A program made the translations under genes and the position numbers. A stretch of 64,000 nucleotides of DNA from Rhizophagus irregularis. Taxonomy: Eukaryota. The notes under the pieces are model-generated. The model worked only from the letters and a program-made list of their open reading frames with translations. It did not search any database and was not told where the DNA came from. Positions 26,927-38,700 of the stretch are shown piece after piece; position 1 is the first letter of the stretch, and every line of letters begins with the position of its first letter. Location of the stretch: contig NC_089435.1 in the NCBI RefSeq assembly GCF_026210795.1, forward strand, positions 3,534,001 to 3,598,000, given 5' to 3'.

Positions 26927-28690
26927 TCAATAAACTGCCAAAATGACTTTTAACATATCCTTTGCTTCTTTGATTCCGTTTTCAGCCGCTTTTGTGTACC
27001 AATAAATTGCTTTGTCATAATTTATATCAGCTTCAATACCATAATAATAGCATCTTCCTATATAATTTTGTGCTGCTGCATATCCACTTTCAGCTGATTT
27101 TGTATGCCATTCAAATGCTTTTTTCATATTCTTATCTACACCTATACCAAACTTATAACAATTTCCTAAATTATTTTGTGCTATTGCATATCCATTATTA
27201 GCTGATTTGAGATACCATTCGAATGCTTTCGTATTATCTTTTTCTGTCCCTATGCTATTTTCATAACAATAACCTAAACTACATTGTCCGTTAACACATC
27301 CTGCATCAGCTGATTTTATATACCATTCAAATGCTTGTATTTCATCTTTGTCTGTTCCTTTTCCATATTGATAACAATTCCCTAAATTATTTTGTGCCAT
27401 TGCACATTTGTTATTAGCTGATTTAAGATACCATTCAAATGCTTTTGTATTATCTTTTTCTGTCCCTATGCCATTTTCATAACAATAACCTAAATTACAT
27501 TGCCCACTAACACACCCTGCAATGGCTGATTTAAAATGCCATTCAAATGCTATCATTTCATCTTTGTCTGTTCCTATACCATGTTCATAACAAAGTCCTA
27601 AATTACATTGTCCATCAGCATATCCTGCAAGAGCTGATTTAAAATACCATTCAAATGCTTTTTTATCATCCTTATCTGTCCCTATTCCATGTTCATAACA
27701 AAGCCCTAAATTACATTGCCCATTATGTAATCCAGAAATAGCCGATTTCATATACCATTCAAATGCCTTTTTTTCATCTTTATTTGTTCCTTTACCATTC
27801 TGATAACAATATCCCACATAATTTTGTGCTTTTGAATTATTTGATATTGCAAGTTTTAAATTTATTTCAAAGATTTCCTTTTCATTTTTATCTTGGATAG
27901 ATTCATTTTGTTCAGATTTTAAAAAAAATTCATATGCTTTTTTTTCATCTTTTTTTGTTCCCTTTCCATCCATATAACAAATTGCTAAATTATATTGTGC
28001 ATTTAAATTATTTTCTTTTTCAGCTAAACTTAAAAATAATTCAAAAGCCTTTTTATAATTAGTTTTAACACCTCTCCCACTTTGATAACAAATAGCTAGA
28101 TTATATTTTGCTTCCAAATCATCATTTTCAGTTAATTCTAGAAGTTTAATAAATTCATTTTGTTTCAAATTAATATCTAAAATGATATCCTCATAATAAA
28201 ATAATGATAATAAATATTTTCCAATAATTATATTTTTATTTTTTAATGAATTAAAAGTATCATTATCATCATCATCCTTTTCAATTAAATTTAATTGATT
28301 AAAATTTTCATTTAAAGAATAATCATTTTCAATTTCATTATTAATAGCCAATAAATAAAATTCTTGAGCTTTTAACTTATCCTGATCACAACCAATACCA
28401 AGTTTATAAAATAATCCAATAATACTTGTGAACCAAAAATTACTTTTTTGATGATTTTTCATTAATTTAAGAATATTTATAGAATCTTTATAATTATTAT
28501 TATTATTATTATCATCAAGATAATATTTTATCCAATCATTTGAAATTTTTTCGAAATCATTAAAATCTTTTGTTTCAATAATTTTATGATAAAAATCTTT
28601 TAAAAATTTTTTCAGGAAATTTTCATCATCTTTACTAATGAGATTAAAATCTATAATTTTTTCAATATCGATAATTTTATTAATATCCAT
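26927..28690 (-). CDS. Sel1-like repeat protein
   Basis: 587-aa ORF with 36-aa repeats of the form GQCNLGxCYExGIGTxKDxxKAFEWYxKSA. Confidence 0.92.
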   Translation of the reverse strand: MDINKIIDIEKIIDFNLISKDDENFLKKFLKDFYHKIIETKDFNDFEKISNDWIKYYLDDNNNNNNYKDSINILKLMKNHQKSNFWFTSIIGLFYKLGIGCDQDKLKAQEFYLLAINNEIENDYSLNENFNQLNLIEKDDDDNDTFNSLKNKNIIIGKYLLSLFYYEDIILDINLKQNEFIKLLELTENDDLEAKYNLAICYQSGRGVKTNYKKAFELFLSLAEKENNLNAQYNLAICYMDGKGTKKDEKKAYEFFLKSEQNESIQDKNEKEIFEINLKLAISNNSKAQNYVGYCYQNGKGTNKDEKKAFEWYMKSAISGLHNGQCNLGLCYEHGIGTDKDDKKAFEWYFKSALAGYADGQCNLGLCYEHGIGTDKDEMIAFEWHFKSAIAGCVSGQCNLGYCYENGIGTEKDNTKAFEWYLKSANNKCAMAQNNLGNCYQYGKGTDKDEIQAFEWYIKSADAGCVNGQCSLGYCYENSIGTEKDNTKAFEWYLKSANNGYAIAQNNLGNCYKFGIGVDKNMKKAFEWHTKSAESGYAAAQNYIGRCYYYGIEADINYDKAIYWYTKAAENGIKEAKDMLKVILAVY

Positions 28691-31600
28691 AATTTTTATT
28701 TATTAATAATTTTTATTTTTATTAAGAATTTTTGATGGATTTTGATTTTTATTTAATTAACGTTAATAATTAAAAAATTTAATAAAAAAAAAAAGAATTT
28801 TTGGCGTTCGTTATTAATATTACCAAATGTGGTACAACAGTTATGGCACAGTAGAGTATTCGTTTACAAGCAATTTAGTAAAGATTTTCTGTTGTAACAC
28901 GTAATCTGGAATTCATTACCGACAGTTCCGTAAATTATCCATATACAGTAATTAAAGCAAGAAGTTTACGACTACTTCTGTTACTTGCCTTTGAAAAGTG
29001 CTAACTGACATGATGAAATAATTTTACTATCTATCAGTTTAGAACCTCAGATAGAAAATAATTTAAATCTATATTTTTTTTTTTTTTTTTGGTAAATGAA
29101 ATACTTTATTATTTACTATATGATAGAGAACATACAAAATTTATAAAATACATCTTGAGTTTGGTAATACCATTACCTCCTTCCATACCAAAACGTTACT
29201 ACATACAGTAATGTTGTAGTACTATTACCTACTACCTTAAATATTGTACAGTAAGTTCCAATTTTGTATCCCATTATCTAATTCGTTTACTTGAGTATTC
29301 ATTACCCTATTTTTTATATTTTCTACCTAACTTTTTTTTATTAATTTTAGAATTTTTTGTTATTATCACTATTTTTTATATCTTCCGTACTCCCCTTATC
29401 AAGTTATCCTCCTCTGACATAAATATCCTTTTTCTTTTATCCAATTTACCTATTCCCTGAGACTTCTCAAAACTTACGACTTCTTCACATCTTATTTTCC
29501 AAATATAAATCACATATCTTTAGCATCTTCGAATCAGATTTCTTATGTTGTTCATTTTTCCAAATCTTCAAATTAATAAGTCCTCGTGTTAATAAATTCT
29601 CTAAAGGAAATAATCGTGATCTTAACGCTACAATATCATAACACTTTTCCCTTTCTTTTTTGTGATCGCCTCTTTCCCATACAATTGAATTTTTATTTTG
29701 ACTGCATGATTTCATGACTCTACTTGATCATTACACCTGATACATTTGTTTGAAGAAATACCAAAAAATTTACGTTGATATAATATTTCATACATTGGCA
29801 ATAATTTTGCTACGTTGAATTCATTACGAATGATCATAAAAGAAATCGGTCAATTAATGTCATAACTTATATTCGTTACAAACAAATTTTCTAATTGTTT
29901 TAAACCCATAAGTTCCGCCTTATTGTTAAGATGACTAAGGCCTTTTGCCCATTTTCTATAGCATCCTTCTATAATAAAATTATTCCATCGTAAGTTGAAT
30001 TTGCCAACTAATATATTATTCTGACATCTAACATTGACGACGTATTATCCATTAAATCCTTCTTCATTGTTTCAATCTTAACGTCAAATTCTGACATCTC
30101 TTCTAGTATATCGTAACTAAAACTAACTCGTAAACTTTTCTCTGTGAATATTTGAAATAACAAAACATAATTTTTGAAATCTAATTTTTTCCTGTTGCTC
30201 ATCTCATCCCGAAAATTTTCTAATTCTACGAAAAATTTCTTATTTATTTCTATAATAATTTTTTTGTTATCAGGAAACAGTCCTGAAACTATTATTAATG
30301 TTATCAACATTCTTTTTATTTCGTTCATGCCTTTTTCAATACTAAATTTAAGAAATATTTTTTCAATTTTCTTGTATCTCGTCATTAATTTGATTTCTAC
30401 ACTTCCTAAGTTTGTCTTTTCCCGTCTATATTACTAATAATATTTAAAAAAATAGATGCTGCCGTGATCGTCAATTTATCAATAATTCTCTTTGTTTGTA
30501 CAAATATAATCTAACCATATCAAAAAAATCCGTCTCTTCTATATCTTCCATACCCGTTCTTTTGACTTCATTTACTTCTTTATCTTTGTTGTTAATTAAA
30601 ATATTATTTATCTATAATATTAAATATACTCTCATATGGTTTAATACCTTTTCCCCCTTTAATAAATTATTTTCCTTACTTTAATTTCTCTACTTAATCC
30701 ATCCCCAATATTACAATGTAATAAACAAATATCATCATCTTTATTTCTAGAAATATTCTTACTACATCCCGTGCACTTTTTTAACCAAGGAGAATCATTA
30801 TCGTCGTAAACTTCTGAATCCTCCATCATATAATGAATACCTATACTATTAAATTCTTTACTCTTCAATTTTCATTTATATTTACAAAACTTCACTCCAC
30901 TGTTTCGTTCCACGTAATCAATCTATCACTTTTCTTAGAAACTGTATCATTTTTTTTAAAATAATCTATTGATTTCTGTTCCGCCTTATTAATTTTATAT
31001 TTATCTTTGATCTCTCGTGTCTCCTCTATACATACAAGTTGTTTCAACCGTTTATACCAAAGAGGTTCACCGCCACACTTATTAAATCCATTTTCCACGC
31101 AAAAATGATGCCACTTCATTAAATACTCCTTATCGTGTTCTATGATTTGATCTAAAAACAAAATCTTCTTATTCATTAACTGCATTTTCCATTTATTGTA
31201 TACTTTTTCACTAAAGATGTCAACTAATTCATAAAGTCCCCCGAATATCTATGATCTTTATAATTATCATTTATTAATTCATGATCGCAAATAGATATTC
31301 TGTTGTCTTTTAGCATTTTTAGACTATCATTCGCGTAACTGTGATCCACCCTTTTGAAATTCACATTTTTACTTTCTCCAACGCATTTTGCTGTCCAATA
31401 TGTATTTTGTAAATTTATCATGTTCATCTTAAAAATAATTTTTTTTCGATCCTTCGACCATTAATGTAACACATTATATTATATTCTTAGACAAACTTTC
31501 TAGTTCAGTGCATAAATGTTTTTTACCTTTAATATATCCTTATCGTAAATTATGGCGTTAGGACAACCTATTGCCAGATTACAGCTATGTTTAAATATTT

Positions 31601-31835
31601 TATTTACTTTCGCCAAAATATTTTCGCATTCTCTTTCCATTAAGACCACTGCTTGCAAATGATACTCAATTGCCGGAATCATAACTGCATTCCATAATGA
31701 TATCAAAATTTTGTCCGTCAACTTACTCCATCTTGTTTGTGCACAGAATCCCTCTACCATCATAGTAACTTTCCTAACGTATACTTTTCTGTCATCTTTA
31801 TATGACAAAAAGATTCCCAAAAACTATTTCCTTCA

Positions 31836-33174
31836 CAGTAGTAGCGAAAAATAATGATAATTTTAAAGTTATAAAATTTTCGGCCAATTTTTATTTTATT
31901 TACTTAAAATTTTAATGACATATAGTATAATACCACAAGTTAATAAAACTAAAATTTTAATGATTAATTATACGTCCCTCCTTTTCAATAACTTCTTCTA
32001 AACGTTTTTTCATGCCTGCACATAATTTCGATAAGAGTCTGGACTAAGATTATCCCATTCTGACCGAATAATTGACAAAAAATCATCTAATCCAACCGGG
32101 TTTTTTTGTGCAATATGTTGATTTACCCTCTTTTCTACCTTTTTCTTCATTATTGCCCATAGATTTTCTATGGGGTTAAGGTCGGGAGAATAGGATGGCC
32201 AATCCAACATACGTGGACACCTTTCTTGAAGAAGAATTGTTGTCAACTTTGCCCTATGCTTAGGGTCATTGTCCTGTTGGAATGTCCACCTTCTCCCAAG
32301 TATCCTTGTAGCATTAGAAAAAAGATTTTTAGTTAAAATATCGCGAAAAAGCTCTCCTGGCTAATTTTCCGAGTTGAATACATTTTTTTGGGGATAAGAG
32401 TTTGGGCCTTCCCGGACGTGGTTTTGATTTAATAGTACCGGAACTTTTGAGTTTTTGGACATATCTATATAAAGTAGACTTCGAAATATGTGTTATTTTA
32501 TGTAATTCAGGTATATTACAGATTCCATTGGCTCACAAATTGCCTACAAATGAACGTTTTTTCATCAATTCCGGCATTATTAAAAAAAAAGATGGATAAA
32601 AAAATTTTTTTTTAGCTGATCTCCTGACTTTTTATAGGTTGTAGGATAATCGGTACGGTACGAAATTGCAAACCTGTACGGTACGGTTGATCACCCAAAC
32701 AAAATTACAAAATTTGATCAAAACATGACCGTACCGTCCGTACTGACACTATAATAAAGAGAAAATCAGTACGGTACATTTAGCATATAATTAATTGGAC
32801 ACCAGTGTCCATTTTAATAATTTGTACACCTATGTCCAAAATGTCCATTTTGATAATTCGGACGCTAATGTCCAAAATTTTCATTTTGATAATTTGGACA
32901 CCAATGTCCAAAATGTCCATTTTGATAATTCGGACACTAATGTCCAAAATGTCCATTTAAAACAATAACCGTACCGTACTGTACTGGTTCTATATATAGA
33001 GAGATTATTATAGAGCCAGTACGGTACGGTACGGAATGATTATCACAAAAATTGATCAACCGTACCGTACTGGTTAAATATATATTCACTTTTTAATTAT
33101 TTATTAAAAATTACGTAAAAAAAGGAAATGCTGATCAAATCACGTGATTTTATCATTATTTTCCGCCACTACTG
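31836..33174 (-). mobile_element. Tc1/mariner element (internally deleted) inserted in the LINE RT region
   Basis: 25-bp TIRs cagtagtagcgaaaaataatgataa / ttatcattattttccgccactactg (2 mismatches), flanks ca/ta. Transposase fragments FQQDNDPKH..WPSYSPDLNPIENLW and an N-terminal HTH with RPGRP. Confidence 0.92.
32650..33075. repeat. Palindromic and tandem repeat block inside the Tc1 element
   Basis: gtacggtacg / cgtaccgtac inverted motifs flanking ~36-bp tandem units ggacacyaatgtccaaaatgtccattttgataatt (about 32798-32958). Confidence 0.75.
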
Positions 33175-35748
33175 TATTTTCGTTATCCTATTCTCATAAA
33201 TTTTGAAGTATTTGTGATCCCCGTCAGGATTATTAATTCTTATTAATTCATATTTCTTCACGTTAGCTTTAATATCGCACATTTTATAAAAGCTGTGACA
33301 AATATCTAATAGATATTTAATCAAGTTTTCATCTTTTGCTATAAGCGTTGTGTCTTCCATGAATGCAATCGCATTATACATTGTTGTATTTTTTCTTCTC
33401 TGCTAAATTTTGTTGTAAACTTATTTTTGCATAATCCAATTCATATTCCGTATTTAATCGTACTGATTCCAACTTTGTTAATAATGGATTGTAAAACATT
33501 CTCCATAATTATTATGGGCGACCACGCCTCCCCTTGATCGATCCCATCTTCAATATAATATGCTTCCGAAAGCTCACCATTCACTAAGACTCTACTATGT
33601 CTATCTCGCATATATCTATTATTAATCTATGAATTTGTTTGGTAACTTACAACGCTTTAAACCTAATTCCAGAAAGTAACATTCACATAATCATAAGCTT
33701 TACTAATATCTAATAATAACGACCATGCTTCTTTATGGTACTGATTTGCATGCTCGATTATATTTTGAAATATTTTAATTGGTTCAAATGTACTTTAGTT
33801 TTTCAAATCTGCAAAGTTATTAATCTTAAATGCATTATATTACTTAGTATTATACTCAAGCGTTCCGTTAAGATTTTGATCATTAATTTCCTGGTTACTT
33901 CTATCAATGTAATCGGGTATTGTCAAACTAACCCATTCTTTCTTTTTAATTGGAAAAATTATAATTTCTTTTCATTTTTGTATCCTATCTCATTATTTTA
34001 TTCATAATTGTTATTATAAAAATTCTTGTCTCTTTTTTTGACTTTTTCCAAAAGTCATACGTTATACCGCTTGAACCCAGTGTTTTACCTGTCTTTACTT
34101 TACTTATTGCCAATTTAATTTTTCTTCTGTTATTGTCACATAAATGAACGTAAATATTTTCGTTGACGTTTTTTTAATCACTATAATTCACCATCATATA
34201 TTATTGTACAGTATGTAGTTCTATTACGTATTATCATGTCGATCAGGGTTGGGATAAGTTCTACTTTATAAAGTAGTTATTTGAGTTGTTATAAAAATAA
34301 AAAAAATTTTATTTAAAAATATTTATGATAAAAAATTATAGGTGCAGTAATTTCTGCGCAAACCTAATAATCGTATAAAATTATTTTGTTGCTGGAAATC
34401 TTCGTCGCCATTCAACTTTTAGTCATTGGAAGCGATCATAATACTATAAATCTCAATTCCGGTTTAAGTTTTCAACGTATCCTATATAAATACAAACGAA
34501 GTTTTTATTAAAATGCAAAAATTATTATTATTATAAAGACTTTTGATTATAATTATAAATAAAGCAATTGACCAATACAAAGAAAAAAGGAAATTTAGGT
34601 TCATAGCCATTCTAATAGTTTAACTTCGCAATCCAAGCCTCCAATCCAAGGGATCAAGTACTCTTATGAGACTTGAAGACCATACAATCCTCTTATTTCA
34701 AAGTTTCTAGTATAAAAAATAATATATTTAACAATTTTCAACTCAAATTTAATAATGGTCTTAAAATATTATTCTTTACTACTGTAAATAATATTTGAAA
34801 TAAATAATTAAAAGAAACGACCAAAATAAAAATAATTATTCTATTATGTAATTAATCTCAAAAACTGATAAACTAGCGTCTATTATATACAGTTTTGCAG
34901 CGTATATCTTTACTGAGCCCAGTCCAATGATCTTTCTGAGTCCAGTCATCTCAATTTTTAGCACAGTCATGTGAATTTTGATGCAGACCGAATTTAAACT
35001 TTGATCGGACTTCGCTACCATCGGACTGAGTTAACTATGCTGAGTCCTGTGATTTTGATCAACCGAACTAAATTTACATGACCGATCTACATTTTGATTT
35101 TTTTCTTGTATTTAATAGTAATCATTAGTTGTAAATTTAAATAAGTATTTTTTATACAAAAAACTTATAATAAACAATTCATTTTACCGATCAGTGACAT
35201 AAAATGATTAGTGTAATGTGGAGCAAAATTTTGCTGATGGAAATTGCAAAAATTAGCCAGGCTTATATTGGTAATATGCACTTTAACTGGAGTGCTTTTT
35301 TTTTTATATAACTTTATATTTTATTTCAAAACTTTTTAATGGTGGAAAGGTTTGCAAATCATAAATTAAGGTTTTTATTTCATATATATTTACATAATAA
35401 GAAAACAATGAGACAACAATCAAATACTTATGAAAAATGGAAACAAAAGAAGGGTGTGACGCCGGTGTAAAAAATGTCACGTGATTTTACGTGACATTTT
35501 TTTCTGGGAAAATCATTAACCAGTTACTGCGGTTTTGTAATAATTGATAGTTGTGCAAAATTTGTTTGTCATATATGCAATTATGCAAATGCTTGTACTT
35601 GTGATCAACGTTTTTGCACATTATGCATTTTGCATAAATATTATTACCATATTTATTCATTACTAATAAACTGAAGGCGTTTAGTAATAATAATAATATA
35701 AAAAAAGATATTTACTTTTTTTCAACTAGGGAAAATTTTGATATAGCA

Positions 35749-38700
35749 ATGGACCAATGTATTGGTAAAGGTAAAGCATATAACATGAATAATAATATAA
35801 ATTAGAATTATTCAAAATTATTAAACCAAATTTACAATATAACAAAAACTAGTTTCCAGTAATATTGAAGAATTTGAAGAAAATGGCACTGGAGAATTTG
35901 AAAGTAGTAGTATTAAGGAATTTGAAGGAAGTAACACCAAGGAATCTAAAGGTATATCAAACAAGCTGAAATATTAAGTTTTTATTTATAAACAATTCAA
36001 ATACTACAATCTAACTATATTATATAAATATTATGTTAAATATCTAGCTCGTAAGTTAGTTAATATAATTGAATAAAATGAATTACTCATTATTTTTATT
36101 GTATTCCATATAACTAAATAATTTATTTAATGGTTAATAATACTGTAGTTGGTAAGTCATCAGTCATTTAAATCTTTAGTCCTTTACTTTATTTATTCTA
36201 CATAACATTCAAATAACCAAATTTTTTGTTTAAATAACTATTTAATAATTAATTATATTACAGATGGTAAGTTACAATAATATATATATTATATTTATTT
36301 ATTTAATATTATACATAATTCAACTAATTATATTTTAATTTAAATAACTAGATTGTAAGTAATATATATAATTTACAGTAAATACTTCTATATTATCTTT
36401 ATATCTAACTAATTAATAATTAATAATACTACAGGGTGTAAGTTATATGATATCTATATCTATATTATTTATATAATTTAACTAATTTCTTTATTTAAAA
36501 AATTATTTTGTAATTTAATTTAGTTGGTAAGTTATAAGTTATTTATTTAATTCTATTATTACTTATTATTATAATATTTACATATAATTTAAACTAACTT
36601 ATTTTATAGCTGGTAAGTTATTTATTTAGTTCTATTATTATTGTTATAATATTTTACATATAATTTAAACTAACTAATTTCTTTATTTAAAATTATTAAA
36701 TAATATAGGGTGTAAGTTATTTATTTAATTCTATTATTACTTATTGTTATAATATTTTGAACTAACTAATTTTTTTATTTAAAAAATTATTTTATAGCTG
36801 GTAAGTTATTTATTTAATTCTATTATTACTTATTTTTATAATATTTTACATATAATTTAAACTAATTATTTAAAAAATTATTAAATAATATAGGATGTAA
36901 GTTATTTATTTAATTCTATTATTACTTATTGTTATAAATATTTACATATAATTTAAGCTAACTAATTTCTTTATTTAAAAAATTGTTTTGTAATTTAATT
37001 TAGTTGGTAAGTTAGAAGTTATTTATTTAATTCTATTATTACTTATTATTATAATATTTACACATAATTTAAACTAACTATTTCCTTATTTAAAAAATTA
37101 TTAAATAATAAAGGGTGTAAGTTATTTATTTAATTCTATTATTACTTATTGTTATAATATTTATGTATAATTTAAACTAACTATTTCCTTATTTAAAAAA
37201 TTATTAAATAATAAAGGGTGTAAGTTATTTATTTAATTCTATTATTACTTATTATTATAATATTTATGTATAATTTAAACTAACTAATTTCTTCATTTAA
37301 TAGATTGTAAGTTATAAGTTATTTATTTAATTCTATTATTACTTATTGTTATAATATTTACATATAATTTAAACTAACTAATTTCTTTATTTAACAAATT
37401 ATTTTATAGCTGGTAAGTTATTTATTTAATTCTATTATTACTAATTGTTATAATATTTTACATATAATTTAAACTAACTAATTTCTTTATTTAAAACATT
37501 ATTAAATAATATAGGGTGTAAGTTATTTATTTAATTCTATTATTATTTATTGTTATCGTTCAGCCCAATAGGATCATGCAGATTTTCATAGACCGATATT
37601 TTTATTAGCCATAGCAATAACACATGATTGATATAATAGAGTGGAGTAAAAAAATGGTGTATATGAATATTTTGTAGGAAAAGTTTAATTAAAATTTATA
37701 AAGTAGATTAAAAATGAAATTTAGTATGATCAAAAACGTCAGAACGATAACACACTTGGATGTGGGCTATATCGGTCACAGGGACCTTCATTGATTGGTG
37801 AAAATGGCCACTACGTGGCCCATTTTCATCCAATCATTCAGTCCTGTGACCGATATAGCTACTCCATCATCCAATAACTATTTATTATAATATTTACATA
37901 TAATTTAAGCTAACTAATTTCTTTATTTGAAAAATCATTTTGTAATTTAATTTAGTTGGTAAGTTATAAGTTATTTATTTACTTATTGTAATATTTACGT
38001 ATAATTTAAACTAACTAATTTCTTTATTTAATAGATCGTAAGTTATAAGTTATTTATTTAATTCTATTATTACTTATTGTTATAATATTTACGTATAATT
38101 TAAACTAACTAATTTCTTCATTTAAAAAATTATTAAATAATATAGGGCGTAAGTTATTTATTTAATTCTATTATTACTTATGATTATAATATTTTACATA
38201 TAATTTAAACTAACTAATTTCTTTATTTAAAAAATTATTAAATAATATAGGGAGTAAGTTATTTATTTAATTCTTATTGTTATAATATTTACATATAATT
38301 TAAACTATCTATTTATTTAAAAAATTATTAAATAATAGGGAGTAAGTTATTTATTTAATTATATTATTACTTTTTGTTATAATATTTACATATAATTTGC
38401 TAACTAATTTCTTTATTTAAAAAATTATTAAATTATATAGGGAGTAAGTTATTTATTTAATTCTATTATTACTTTTTGTTATAATATTTACGTATAATTT
38501 GAACTAACTAATTTCTTTATTTAAAAATTATTTTATAGATGGTAAGTTATTTGTTTAATTCTATTATTACTTATTGTTATAATATTTACATATAATTTAA
38601 TTTCTTTATTTAAAAAATTATTAAATAATATAGGGCGTAAGTTATTTATTTAATTCTATTATTACTTATTGTTATAATATTTACATATAATTTAAACTAA

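Larger units (their letters stand above)
29074..34190 (-). mobile_element. Degenerate, 5'-truncated non-LTR retrotransposon (LINE-like)
   Basis: RT motif fragments LDISKAYD, IEDGIDQGEAWSP, AFMEDTTLIA, LGIFL, LWNAVMIPAIEY; C-terminal CxxC remnant; T17 run at 29074-29090 next to a minus-strand AATAAA as poly(A) tail; many stops and frameshifts. Confidence 0.85.
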
